A stretch of DNA of 64,000 nt from IMG/VR virus record IMGVR_UViG_3300027759_000048; one strand, written 5' to 3'. Both the position numbers and the translations under genes were made by a program. The notes beneath the pieces were generated by a model. That model did no database searches and had not been told where the DNA came from. It was given only the letters and a program-made list of their open reading frames with translations. Of the stretch, positions 30,035-39,711 are shown piece by piece; position 1 is the stretch's first letter; every line of letters starts with the position of its first letter. This stretch comes from a virus.

Positions 30035-30213
30035 ACGACGCAGAGATTGAACGGCTCCGTAAATATGAAAAGTTAGTTCAGTTCATTGCTAATGATTATC
30101 ATGAACTTTCATACGAAAAAGCACAATGGCAACGTGATGATTGGAAGAAGCGTTGTAAGAAACTGATAGAGGAAGATCATGATGAACGACGCCAAGATCA
30201 TTGCTTTAACTAA
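30031..30213 (+). CDS. hypothetical protein
   Basis: Coupled short ORF. Confidence 0.5.
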   Translation: MNDAEIERLRKYEKLVQFIANDYHELSYEKAQWQRDDWKKRCKKLIEEDHDERRQDHCFN

Positions 30214-30862
30214 TCCTATTCTTTCTGCTTGGGAAACTAACACAGAAAGTCCGATTGGCGCAGAGGCATTCATTGCTTACACCGCCAGAGTATCAAATCC
30301 ATCTAACCAACATAATACACTAACAGCACCTAAACTTCTATCATATCTAATCAAGAACAAACACTGGTCGCCGTTTGAAATGGTTTCTATCACAATGGAA
30401 ATCAATACAACCCGTGACATTGCACACCAGATTATCCGTCATCGGTCATTTTCATTCCAAGAGTTTAGTCAACGTTATGCTGATCCAACCAAGGACATGG
30501 AGTTTGTAACAAGAGAAGCAAGACTACAGGATGCAAAGAATAGACAGAATAGTATTGAGACAGATGACAAAGACTTGGCTGATACATGGTATTATGCACA
30601 AAAATATGTTTCGGATCTTACTAAAGAATACTATGAAAGTGCGATAAAAAATGGCATCGCCAAAGAACAAGCAAGAGCAGTTCTGCCAGAAGGTCTAACT
30701 ACAACCCGTCTATATATGTCGGGGACGTTGAGAAGTTGGATTCATTATATTGATGTTCGTGCGGAAGCAGGCACACAGAAAGAACATCGTCAAGTTGCTC
30801 TAGCAGCACAGAAAGAAATACTACAACATTTCCCATCACTTAGGGACTATTGGCAAGAATAA
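30179..30862 (+). CDS. thyX: flavin-dependent thymidylate synthase
   Basis: HWSPFE, RHRSFSFQEFSQRY, EQARAVLP. Confidence 0.95.
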   Translation: MMNDAKIIALTNPILSAWETNTESPIGAEAFIAYTARVSNPSNQHNTLTAPKLLSYLIKNKHWSPFEMVSITMEINTTRDIAHQIIRHRSFSFQEFSQRYADPTKDMEFVTREARLQDAKNRQNSIETDDKDLADTWYYAQKYVSDLTKEYYESAIKNGIAKEQARAVLPEGLTTTRLYMSGTLRSWIHYIDVRAEAGTQKEHRQVALAAQKEILQHFPSLRDYWQE

Positions 30863-30872
30863 GAGGAAAAAC

Positions 30873-32765
30873 ATGGACAGTTTATATCAAGAGTTTATTT
30901 ACAAATCAAGATATTCAAGATATCTACCAGAACAAAATCGTAGAGAGAATTGGGAGGAAACAGTTGAACGTTATCTTACCTTTATGCATAATCATCTCGC
31001 CAGTAATTATAGCTATGATATGGCTCCTATTCGTGAGAAGATAAAGAAGTCAATCATTGATCTAAAAGTTATGCCATCTATGCGTGCCTTGATGACATCT
31101 GGCAAAGCATTAGAGCGTGATAACACATGCGGATACAATTGTTCATTCTTGCCTATTGATGATCCAAAGGCATTTGACGAAGCAATGTTTATTCTTCTTT
31201 GTGGCACTGGTGTTGGCTTTTCTGTTGAACGTCAGTTCATCAATCAGCTACCAGAAATCCCAGAGAAGATGTTTGATTCCGAAACTATCATATCTGTCCG
31301 TGATAGTAAGGAAGGATGGGCTAAAGCATTGCGTATGCTTATCGCTTTGCTTTACACTGGTGAAATACCAAAGTGGGACCTGACGAAAGTAAGACCTGCC
31401 GGCGCACCCTTGAAGACGTTTGGTGGGCGATCATCAGGTCCCGGTCCTCTTTCCGAGTTGTTTAAGTTTGTTGTTAAGTTGTTCCGTAATGCTCATGGTC
31501 GTCGTCTAACATCATTAGAATGCCATGACATTATGTGTAAGATTGGTGAAGTGGTTGTAGTTGGCGGCGTTCGTCGTTCTGCTATGATTTCACTTTCTAA
31601 TCTTTCTGATGATCGTATGCGTCATGCTAAGGCTGGTGCATGGTGGGAAGCAAATCCACAACGAGCATTATCAAATAACTCTGCCGTATATAACGAGAAG
31701 CCAGAGATCGGTACATTTATGGCAGAATGGATTTCATTGTATGAAAGTAAATCAGGTGAGAGAGGATTATTCAGTCGTGAAGCATGTCAAACAATCGCAA
31801 AACGAAATGGCCGCAGAAATGCTGATCAATTATTTGGCACCAACCCTTGCAGCGAAATCATCCTTAGACCTTATGGTTTCTGCAATCTCACGGAAGTTGT
31901 TATTAGAGCCGATGACACCATGGAAACTGTTCGTGAGAAAATTGAGGTTGCGACTATTCTTGGTACTTTTCAATCTACTCTTACGGATTTTCCCTACCTA
32001 AGAAAGATTTGGGTTAAGAACGCAGAAGAAGAAAGACTACTTGGTGTTTCTCTTACAGGCATCTATGACTCCAAGTTGTTTAACAATCCTGATGACAAAG
32101 GTATCAAGGAGCGTCTTGCTTCTCTTCGTGACTTTGCTGTAAAGGTGAATGATGAATTGGCCAATACTCTTGGGATTAATCCTGCCGCAGCTATTACTTG
32201 CGTTAAGCCTTCTGGTACTGTTTCGCAACTCTGTGATAGTGCGTCTGGTATCCATCCTCGTCATAGTGAATATTATATTCGCCGTGTCCGTGGTGACAAC
32301 AAAGATCCTTTGACAAAGTTCATGAAGGACAAAGGTGTGCCATGGGAAGCAGACGTTATGAAGCCTGACTCCACAACCGTATTTTCTTTCCCAATGAAAG
32401 CACCTAAAGGCGCAGTTGTAAGAGATGACATTGACGCAATCAAACATCTTGAACTATGGGCTGTGTATCAGGACGCATGGTGTGAACATAAGCCATCTGT
32501 TACAATCAACGTCAAAGAAGATGAATGGATGAAAGTTGGTGCATGGGTGTATGATCACTTTGATGAAATGTCTGGTGTATCATTCTTACCACATGATGGT
32601 GGTTCATATCGTCAGGCGCCTTATGAGGAAATCTCTAAGGACTTGTATGAAGCAATGCTACCAACAATTCCAACAAGTCTTGATTGGGATAGTTTAGTAG
32701 AAATCGAAGATAATGTAGAAGGTACACAAACACTCGCATGTACCGCTGGAGGCTGTGAAATATGA
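30873..32765 (+). CDS. nrdJ: class II (adenosylcobalamin-dependent) ribonucleotide reductase
   Basis: PSMR, YNC, GGVRRSA, TNPCSEI, CNLTE, KPSGT, C-terminal CTAGGC; no nrdB adjacent. Confidence 0.9.
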   Translation: MDSLYQEFIYKSRYSRYLPEQNRRENWEETVERYLTFMHNHLASNYSYDMAPIREKIKKSIIDLKVMPSMRALMTSGKALERDNTCGYNCSFLPIDDPKAFDEAMFILLCGTGVGFSVERQFINQLPEIPEKMFDSETIISVRDSKEGWAKALRMLIALLYTGEIPKWDLTKVRPAGAPLKTFGGRSSGPGPLSELFKFVVKLFRNAHGRRLTSLECHDIMCKIGEVVVVGGVRRSAMISLSNLSDDRMRHAKAGAWWEANPQRALSNNSAVYNEKPEIGTFMAEWISLYESKSGERGLFSREACQTIAKRNGRRNADQLFGTNPCSEIILRPYGFCNLTEVVIRADDTMETVREKIEVATILGTFQSTLTDFPYLRKIWVKNAEEERLLGVSLTGIYDSKLFNNPDDKGIKERLASLRDFAVKVNDELANTLGINPAAAITCVKPSGTVSQLCDSASGIHPRHSEYYIRRVRGDNKDPLTKFMKDKGVPWEADVMKPDSTTVFSFPMKAPKGAVVRDDIDAIKHLELWAVYQDAWCEHKPSVTINVKEDEWMKVGAWVYDHFDEMSGVSFLPHDGGSYRQAPYEEISKDLYEAMLPTIPTSLDWDSLVEIEDNVEGTQTLACTAGGCEI

Positions 32766-33163
32766 GAAAACTACTTATTGCTATGATGCTACTTGCTACA
32801 CCAGCAATGGCACAAACTGATATTACAATTTCAAAGTCAAGACAGCGCATGATTGTTCATAGTTCGGAGGGCAGCTACTCATGGCCAGTGAGCACCGCCC
32901 GTAGGGGTTACTATACTCCTACGGGCAGCTTTCACCCTTACTCATTACAACCAATGCACTACTCAAGGAAATATGATAATGCGCCGATGCCTCACTCCAT
33001 CTTTTTTAGTGGCGGTTATGCTATCCATGCTACTCCACATACTGGCAATTTGGGGCGTCCTGCATCTCATGGTTGTGTTCGGCTTAGTCCCGGTAATGCA
33101 GCAACTCTTTACGGGATTGTAAGGAATGATATGGAAGAAACTACCATTCGGATCACAAACTGA
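32762..33163 (+). CDS. secreted L,D-transpeptidase (YkuD)
   Basis: Signal peptide; WPVST, TP.G, AIH...LG..ASHGCVRL. Confidence 0.92.
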   Translation: MRKLLIAMMLLATPAMAQTDITISKSRQRMIVHSSEGSYSWPVSTARRGYYTPTGSFHPYSLQPMHYSRKYDNAPMPHSIFFSGGYAIHATPHTGNLGRPASHGCVRLSPGNAATLYGIVRNDMEETTIRITN

Positions 33164-33503
33164 TGAACTTGATCTTATTCTACTTGAACAACTACACCAA
33201 TCAAGAAGAAATAAGAAAACAATCAAGAGAGTGAGAAAGCTCTTGAAGAATGATCCTGCCATTGATAAAGGTGAAGAGTATATTGATGGTAGGATCGCCT
33301 TCTTTGAGACAATGATACAAAACAAATCCTTACTAAGTAAGAAACAGAAGAAGAAAAAGAGGAACAGAGACCCAGACATATTAGCAAGGAATCCTGCCTA
33401 TGAAATGTATAGACAAGTTCTATACGTTACCGTTTTTGGTTATAAGATGTTTACGGATTCAGTATCACATTATATGTCTTATTTCAAGAAAGGTAAAGAC
33501 TAA
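33126..33503 (+). CDS. hypothetical basic protein
   Basis: ORF track. Confidence 0.55.
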   Translation: MIWKKLPFGSQTDELDLILLEQLHQSRRNKKTIKRVRKLLKNDPAIDKGEEYIDGRIAFFETMIQNKSLLSKKQKKKKRNRDPDILARNPAYEMYRQVLYVTVFGYKMFTDSVSHYMSYFKKGKD

Positions 33504-33721
33504 TGGCTGGAGAAAGAGCAGCTATATTTGGAAGGTTTATTGAAGGACTATCAGAAAGTGAGCTAGGCGTTTCTGAAAGAGAAGAGACCTATAGAATACT
33601 TTTAGAAGTTCTTGAAGAATTTGACATTAAAGGTATGGAAGGATATCTAGACATTGATCCTGCTTTTGATGAAGTATGGAATGAAAAGTATCCACCAGAG
33701 ATTGAAGATTTTGAGGAATGA
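33503..33721 (+). CDS. hypothetical acidic protein
   Basis: Coupled ORF. Confidence 0.55.
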   Translation: MAGERAAIFGRFIEGLSESELGVSEREETYRILLEVLEEFDIKGMEGYLDIDPAFDEVWNEKYPPEIEDFEE

Positions 33722-34390
33722 ATGATAACCGAGATTGTGAATTTTGAGAACGGTAGACTACAAACACCTACCGCTCCTTCATACAAATGTTCTATCTTCG
33801 GCAGTTACATATACACTTTAGACTTAGAAGCATTATCAAATTTAATACTAGAAAAGGAAGCAGAGATAACATCTCTCGATCTTCCTGAGAACTTGATTAG
33901 TCACGGTTATACAGGATTAGGTCCTAAGGCACTTACATCTAGATTTAAAGTGTTCAATGCTCTATCATGGGATCATTCTGAGATACACAAACTAAGACAA
34001 GAGATAAGATACATCTACAATATGTCATGTGACCATTTCAAGATTGACAAGAATGAGAAGGTGTATGTCCAGTGTTGGGCTAATGTGCTAAGGAAAGGTG
34101 AGAAGATGAATACTCACCGACACAGCGATAACACAGACGGAAGTTTTCTATCAGGACACTTTACGATTAGGTGTCAAGGCACAAAAACGGTATATGAGAA
34201 TCCATTCAGTGACGTTATCAACTGGCCTGAGTATTACTCTTTCACTAATAGTCCTGGTCGTATCAGTATCTTCAACTCTTACATCTATCATTATACAACC
34301 GAGCACGATGATGATAGCGAAAGAATAACTATGGCGTTTGATCTATTCTACAGAGAGCCGCCAAAGCAAGGTAAGATCATAGAACTATAA
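33722..34390 (+). CDS. 2OG-Fe(II) oxygenase-like protein
   Basis: WAN...HRH...LSG...HYT...RITMAFD. Confidence 0.75.
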   Translation: MITEIVNFENGRLQTPTAPSYKCSIFGSYIYTLDLEALSNLILEKEAEITSLDLPENLISHGYTGLGPKALTSRFKVFNALSWDHSEIHKLRQEIRYIYNMSCDHFKIDKNEKVYVQCWANVLRKGEKMNTHRHSDNTDGSFLSGHFTIRCQGTKTVYENPFSDVINWPEYYSFTNSPGRISIFNSYIYHYTTEHDDDSERITMAFDLFYREPPKQGKIIEL

Positions 34391-34407
34391 GTCTCATATA
34401 TATTCAT

Positions 34408-34803
34408 ATGACATGGATATATGAAAAAGAACCCCTCACAGAAATCCCCGAAGGCATTATTGGCTTTGTCTACCAGATAACCAATCAAGCAAATGGTATG
34501 AAGTATATCGGTAAGAAGAACTTTTACTTTTCTAAAACCAAGCAAGTCAAAGGTAAGAAGAAAAGAATAAAGGTTGAGTCCGATTGGCGTGAATACTATG
34601 GATCAAACAAATCTCTCGTTGAACACGTTTCGCTATTTGGTGAAGACAAGTTTGTCCGAGAGATCGTTCATCTTTGTAAGACTAAAGGTGAGATGACCTA
34701 TTATGAAACCAAACACATCTTTGCCGTTGATGCTGTGTTATCAGAAAAGTATTACAATGACTGGGTGATGTGTCGTGTGAGAAAGAACCATATAAAGAAG
34801 TGA
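34408..34803 (+). CDS. GIY-YIG family nuclease
   Basis: GFVYQITN..NGMKYIGKK, YYGS, E...YYN. Confidence 0.75.
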   Translation: MTWIYEKEPLTEIPEGIIGFVYQITNQANGMKYIGKKNFYFSKTKQVKGKKKRIKVESDWREYYGSNKSLVEHVSLFGEDKFVREIVHLCKTKGEMTYYETKHIFAVDAVLSEKYYNDWVMCRVRKNHIKK

Positions 34804-34811
34804 GGTGTAAT

Positions 34812-35039
34812 ATGCAGGTAGTAGTCTATTCTAAAGATCAATGTGTTTATTGTGACAAGGCAAGAAACTTGCTCAAGACAAAAGCAGTGGAACACGTTGA
34901 GTATAAACTCGGTAAAGATTTCGAGCGAGATACACTCCTGGAAATGTTTCCACAAGCTCGATCCTTTCCGGTAATAACGGTTGACAAAGAGTTCATTGGC
35001 GGTTATAATGAGCTATACGATTTACTTCTAACTTACTGA
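34812..35039 (+). CDS. glutaredoxin
   Basis: CVYC, SFP.I, IGGY. Confidence 0.9.
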   Translation: MQVVVYSKDQCVYCDKARNLLKTKAVEHVEYKLGKDFERDTLLEMFPQARSFPVITVDKEFIGGYNELYDLLLTY

Positions 35040-35048
35040 GGAATAGGA

Positions 35049-35309
35049 ATGATTGATAAGTATGCCCTCAAGGAACAGTTACAGAATGGTGTAGTTACTG
35101 TGGTATTTGAGAAGAAAGATGGAACGGAACGCTCAATGCGGGCTACTCTTTCCGATCTATATGTTCCGCAAGTCTTATCGGAATACGATGGCCAGGAAGC
35201 GAAGCCAGCTAAACAGTTGAATGATAGTGTTCAAGCGGTCTGGGATATTGATTCCGGCGGGTGGCGCTCTTTTAGACTTGACAGTGTGAAGAAACTTATA
35301 GTAGAATGA
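35049..35309 (+). CDS. WYL-like/SH3 beta-barrel protein
   Basis: V.FEKKDGTER.M.ATL...VWD....GWRSFR; promoter TTGACA-17-TATAAT at 34981-35009. Confidence 0.7.
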   Translation: MIDKYALKEQLQNGVVTVVFEKKDGTERSMRATLSDLYVPQVLSEYDGQEAKPAKQLNDSVQAVWDIDSGGWRSFRLDSVKKLIVE

Positions 35310-35320
35310 AGGAGTGAATT

Positions 35321-35419
35321 ATGCCACATCCGCATAAGAACCGACCTCGCAAGGGTCGGCGAAAGATTGGTTCAGGTAAACGCAAAGCCCGTCGTTTAAA
35401 AGGAAAGAAGAGGAAGTAA
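35321..35419 (+). CDS. very basic 32-aa peptide
   Basis: AAGGAG RBS; MPHPHKNRPRKGRRKIGSGKRKARRLKGKKRK; stop overlaps next ATG. Confidence 0.7.
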   Translation: MPHPHKNRPRKGRRKIGSGKRKARRLKGKKRK

Positions 35420-35673
35420 TGCCTACTGAATTGCCGACAGCAACAAAGGAACAAGCTATGCAGAATGTTAGAGTTATCAATGTAGGTGCTTCACAAACAC
35501 CTATTAACTTTATGGACGGACTGGCTCTTTTGTTCATCGGTCTAAAGCTAACAGATCATCTAGAAAGCTGGTCGTGGGTAGAGGTTCTAGCACCTCTATG
35601 GGCGCCTTTCATGTTTCACTGGTTCGTAAAGCTAGTGGTTCAGACTTTCTTTACTGGCGAGGATGAAGAGTAA
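35419..35673 (+). CDS. small membrane protein
   Basis: LFIGLKLT....WSW..VLAPLW. Confidence 0.65.
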   Translation: MPTELPTATKEQAMQNVRVINVGASQTPINFMDGLALLFIGLKLTDHLESWSWVEVLAPLWAPFMFHWFVKLVVQTFFTGEDEE

Positions 35674-35966
35674 TGTCGATGGATAACGGTATTTACGTTC
35701 TATTAACTGAGACAGAAAAAGGCCCAGAGTATCGGGTATCATACTCGTCCGCTATAGATAACATCTACGGCGTCTGGAATGCTGAAAGAGCTAAATATGA
35801 GGGAGACCTATCTGCGATAGCGTCTACCTTTTCCGAGTCAGAGGTCTATCATACTCTAAATGAGGCTCTTGACAAAGCAGAGGAAATAGAGAATGATATT
35901 GGATATACCGAAGACGGAATATGTGTGATCAGCGATTTCAAGGATTATAGTCACATCTTCAGTTGA
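35673..35966 (+). CDS. hypothetical protein
   Basis: MS.DNGIY.L...TE.GI. Confidence 0.6.
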   Translation: MSMDNGIYVLLTETEKGPEYRVSYSSAIDNIYGVWNAERAKYEGDLSAIASTFSESEVYHTLNEALDKAEEIENDIGYTEDGICVISDFKDYSHIFS

Positions 35967-35973
35967 GGAGAAC

Positions 35974-36438
35974 ATGGCGCAGATTAAAATATACGGAACC
36001 GCAAAGAAGATGGAAAAGCGTGAGATAAAAGAGGCTGCTTCATTTTTTTGTGATCATCTTATGAAGCGCCTCAGCAAGACCATTCTTGTTAAAGTCCGAT
36101 TGAGAAAGAACTTTTTCAAGAATACCAAATGTTTCGGTATGGCCACGTGGACGGATATCGATGTCAAGAACCATAATCACAGAGAATTTGAGATAGATAT
36201 AGAGGCTGATTTAGGCCATGTATATCTACTGAGAACACTAGCACACGAACTGGTTCACGTTAAGCAATATGCCCGTAAGGAACTGGTTGATATGTGTTCG
36301 GGTAACTATCAGATGTGGAACCGAGTAATGTATAACGAGAACATCGTAGGATATAGAAACCTACCATGGGAGAAAGAAGCCTCTGAAAGAGAGAAAGTGT
36401 TATACCATCTTTGGCGAGAACATCAAGCTAAATCATGA
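35974..36438 (+). CDS. HExxH metallopeptidase-like protein
   Basis: TLAHELVHVKQY...PWEKEA. Confidence 0.75.
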   Translation: MAQIKIYGTAKKMEKREIKEAASFFCDHLMKRLSKTILVKVRLRKNFFKNTKCFGMATWTDIDVKNHNHREFEIDIEADLGHVYLLRTLAHELVHVKQYARKELVDMCSGNYQMWNRVMYNENIVGYRNLPWEKEASEREKVLYHLWREHQAKS

Positions 36439-37562
36439 CAGAGGAGAAGAAAGTGAAAAAGTCGGCTGTGGTTAGACGACCTAAATTTGCTGATGAAAAG
36501 TATCTTGGACCAGAACCCGAGATCACAGATAATTCCACACAATCAGAGTTGGCCAGGGCATACAACTGGTTCAACTATTTCTATACAAGTGACGATGCCA
36601 AGGCATTCACTATATCCTACCTAAAGAGTATCAAATATGACAAACATGTTATCTCAAAGCTGGGAGCAGTCAAGTCCGTCGATCTACACAATATCGGATG
36701 GAACTGCCGACTACTACACACCGGAAATACCTTGCCAGACGGTGAGTGGGATCGTATTGAAGAAAAACTTATACTCTTATCCTCAAAGGTGTTGGATGTT
36801 TCGGAGAGTGAAGAAGAACAACCTACACAAAAAGTTGTATCAATACAGGATCGTATCAATGCGAAAGCATCGGATCTAATTGGTGAACTTGAAGAAGAAA
36901 CCGATGTGTTCTTTCAAGAAGGAGTAATTCAGTTTGACATTAAGAAGTGGTCCATTGAGAAGGGAATTAAACCGCAAATTGCGAAGAGGATTGCAGAACA
37001 CTTCCGTCCTCAATACGAAGAGATCGTTGAAGCCCAAGAAGGCAAAGACGCCGACCTTGTTGAAGCGTATAAAGGATGGCGTAAGCCAGTTCTTAAAATC
37101 ATGGGTCTCTTTCTAAAGAAGATCATTGATCACATGACAGAGGTTGATGCTGCTGGTCAGGCTATTCGTAAGCCTCGTGCCAAGAAGATCAAGCCTGCCA
37201 GTGTTCTTGTATCCAAGCTACAGTTTCTACCTGAGTTCAAAGAACTAAATATCACCAGTGTCGATCCGAAAGGAATTATCAATGCTTCGCAACTTTGGGT
37301 TTTCAATCCTAAAACTCGCAATCTTTCTGTTTATCATGCCGTGGGTCGTTCGGGCCTTTCTGTCAGAGGGACTACGATTACAGGATATGATACGGATGCT
37401 TCCCTCACTAAGAAAGTCCGTAAGCCAGAGCAAGTCATACCTCAAGTAATGAATGCTGGTAAGGTTGATTTACGCAATATAATGAAGAACCTATCTACAA
37501 CTGAAAGCAAAGCCAACGGTCGTATCAACAAAGATACGATACTTTTGAGAGTGATCAAATAA
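36435..37562 (+). CDS. conserved T4-like hypothetical protein
   Basis: 375-aa ORF; YNWFNYFY, NGRINKDTILLR. Confidence 0.7.
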   Translation: MTEEKKVKKSAVVRRPKFADEKYLGPEPEITDNSTQSELARAYNWFNYFYTSDDAKAFTISYLKSIKYDKHVISKLGAVKSVDLHNIGWNCRLLHTGNTLPDGEWDRIEEKLILLSSKVLDVSESEEEQPTQKVVSIQDRINAKASDLIGELEEETDVFFQEGVIQFDIKKWSIEKGIKPQIAKRIAEHFRPQYEEIVEAQEGKDADLVEAYKGWRKPVLKIMGLFLKKIIDHMTEVDAAGQAIRKPRAKKIKPASVLVSKLQFLPEFKELNITSVDPKGIINASQLWVFNPKTRNLSVYHAVGRSGLSVRGTTITGYDTDASLTKKVRKPEQVIPQVMNAGKVDLRNIMKNLSTTESKANGRINKDTILLRVIK

Positions 37563-37687
37563 TGTGGAAGACAACTGAGATTGATGTAATCTGGACTTTT
37601 ATCTACACAGGAATGTTTGTTGGTGTCTTTACAATTGGACTTTTGCTGTGGGCTATGTATCACGATTTAAAAAATAAGGAATAACAA

Positions 37688-38083
37688 ATGACCGACAAGG
37701 TAATCGAGTTCCCAAAGCACAAAGTTGTTCGTGATATACCCGGTAATGTCTTAGAAGAAAGAGCAAGACGGGCTGATCAAAAGATGGCTGATGCTATTGT
37801 ATCCGATCTCACAGCTATTATATTAACAGAGTTAGATAACTACGATGTTAATATTGAGGAGGAATCTTTTGCCAAAGATGTTGTTCTGATGGTTGATACT
37901 CTAAGAGCCACAGTGTATCGCCAGTTTGGGTTTGAACATCACCTACATCCTTACATCGAAAAGAACATCAAAATCATTTCCAAGAAGGATGCGGAAGCAA
38001 TGGAAGACATGACCGAGGAGCAGATAAAGAAGGTCATTGAAGATATGATGAAATCTAAACTTGACAATGATGACGAAGAATGA
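37688..38083 (+). CDS. hypothetical protein
   Basis: AAGGA RBS; NVIEFP-like start (KVIEFPK). Confidence 0.6.
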   Translation: MTDKVIEFPKHKVVRDIPGNVLEERARRADQKMADAIVSDLTAIILTELDNYDVNIEEESFAKDVVLMVDTLRATVYRQFGFEHHLHPYIEKNIKIISKKDAEAMEDMTEEQIKKVIEDMMKSKLDNDDEE

Positions 38084-38113
38084 TATCATAGGATATCAAT
38101 AAAGGAATATATT

Positions 38114-38974
38114 ATGTCTTATATGTTGGTTGATCTAAACCAGGTGCTTATCTCTAATCTTATGCAGCACCTAAAGCATGTGGCTAAAGCAAATGAAATC
38201 AGTGAAGACCTGGTTCGTCATATGTCTATCAATACAATCCGATCAAATGTAAAGCAGTTCAAGTCAAAGTATCCTAATGTTATCCTTTGTTGCGATAACA
38301 AGAAATACTGGCGTCGGGACGTCTTTCCATTCTACAAGTCACAGCGCAAGCATGACCGTGAAGCATCAGGTCTTGATTGGGGAATGATCTTTGATACACT
38401 CAATCGTATTCGTGACGATCTAAAAGAGTTCTTTCCATATAAGGTAATTGATGTCGCCGGCGCTGAAGCCGATGACGTTATTGCCGTGCTAACTGCTCGG
38501 TTGGCTCCACATGGCGGAGTGCTCATTCTATCGTCAGACAAAGACTTTGGGCAGTTACAGAAGTATCCTAATGTTACGCAGTATTCACCTATTCTAAAGC
38601 GTTTCATTAAGATTGATAATCCAAAGTTGTTTATCAAAGAACACATCATTCGTGGTGACCGTGGTGATGGCATTCCTAACTTTCTATCAGCCGACAATAC
38701 CTTTGCTGCTGGCGAAAGACAGAAGGTTATAAATAGTAAACGACTACAGGAGTGGCTATCTCTAGATGCGGAGACTTTCTGCACAAACGATACTATGCTT
38801 CGTGGTTTTAAGCGCAATCAAACTTTGGTTGATTTTGATTATATACCTAATGAGGTTCAGCAAAAGATTGTAACGGCCTTTGATGAAACAAAGCCTGCTA
38901 CAAAACAGAAGATGTTGGACTACTTTATCCAAAAAAACCTTAAGGCAATGATTGAGTCGATCTCCGACTTTTGA
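38114..38974 (+). CDS. rnh: RNase H / 5'-3' flap exonuclease (T4 rnh)
   Basis: YWRR..FP.YK, EADDVI, SSDKDF.QL, GD.GDGIPN. Confidence 0.93.
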   Translation: MSYMLVDLNQVLISNLMQHLKHVAKANEISEDLVRHMSINTIRSNVKQFKSKYPNVILCCDNKKYWRRDVFPFYKSQRKHDREASGLDWGMIFDTLNRIRDDLKEFFPYKVIDVAGAEADDVIAVLTARLAPHGGVLILSSDKDFGQLQKYPNVTQYSPILKRFIKIDNPKLFIKEHIIRGDRGDGIPNFLSADNTFAAGERQKVINSKRLQEWLSLDAETFCTNDTMLRGFKRNQTLVDFDYIPNEVQQKIVTAFDETKPATKQKMLDYFIQKNLKAMIESISDF

Positions 38975-38982
38975 GGAACACA

Positions 38983-39417
38983 ATGAGTAGTAAGAAGAAT
39001 ATATACGAAGTCTTTAATGAGTTTAAGATGGCTCCTTCCCGTGATACACGTATCAGCGTATTACAGAGCAACGATAGCTGGGCATTGAGAAATGTTCTAA
39101 TGGGTGCTATGCATCCTGATATCAAGTTTGCTATCAAGAAGGCGCCCAACTATAAGAAAGAAGCAGTCCCAGAAGGACTGGGATATAATCATATGACTGA
39201 TGCTTTGAGTAAAATCTATTTGTTCATGGAAAACAATCCACGAACACCTCCAGCACTCACGGACAAACGAAGGGAAGAATTGCTTCTTCAGTTGTTGGAG
39301 TCTCTTGAACCTCGAGAGGCTGATATCTATATTGCTATGATGTTGAAGGACTTGAAAGTTCCCTATCTAACATCAAAGCTAGTGAATGAAGCCTTTAAAG
39401 GACTGTTACCAGAATAG
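38983..39417 (+). CDS. conserved T4-like hypothetical protein
   Basis: RE.L..QLLESL...EA; follows rnh. Confidence 0.65.
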   Translation: MSSKKNIYEVFNEFKMAPSRDTRISVLQSNDSWALRNVLMGAMHPDIKFAIKKAPNYKKEAVPEGLGYNHMTDALSKIYLFMENNPRTPPALTDKRREELLLQLLESLEPREADIYIAMMLKDLKVPYLTSKLVNEAFKGLLPE

Positions 39418-39428
39418 GTGATAATGAA

Positions 39429-39629
39429 ATGAAACAGCGTAAAGTATCAACTCAGAAAATTGATCCAATGTATGCCGACCTGTATGAAGAGGAAAAGAGA
39501 TACGGCGGCAAGCGTCTCGAACGTATTCCTTCCGAGATGCATAACAAGCGCCCTCTGAAGAACCTCAAGAAGGCATGGATGGAACATCTTGAGGACTTTG
39601 ACGAAGTGGATGATTTCTTTGAACATTGA
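39429..39629 (+). CDS. hypothetical protein
   Basis: AGGTG RBS. Confidence 0.5.
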   Translation: MKQRKVSTQKIDPMYADLYEEEKRYGGKRLERIPSEMHNKRPLKNLKKAWMEHLEDFDEVDDFFEH

Positions 39630-39711
39630 TTGTCAACAAATCTAGCCCTTGACATCTTCATCAAAAACATTATAATGATACATACTGAAACGTTGATGAT
39701 AGGAATACATC

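Noticed and set aside
1547-32765. Introns or inteins in gp43, gp41, gp61, thyX, nrdJ
   Set aside because: All are uninterrupted and of normal length
39626-39639. FNR/FixK-like TTGAT-N4-AACAA upstream of the R-M promoter
   Set aside because: Single copy, one mismatch, non-canonical position (about -50), easily chance in AT-rich DNA
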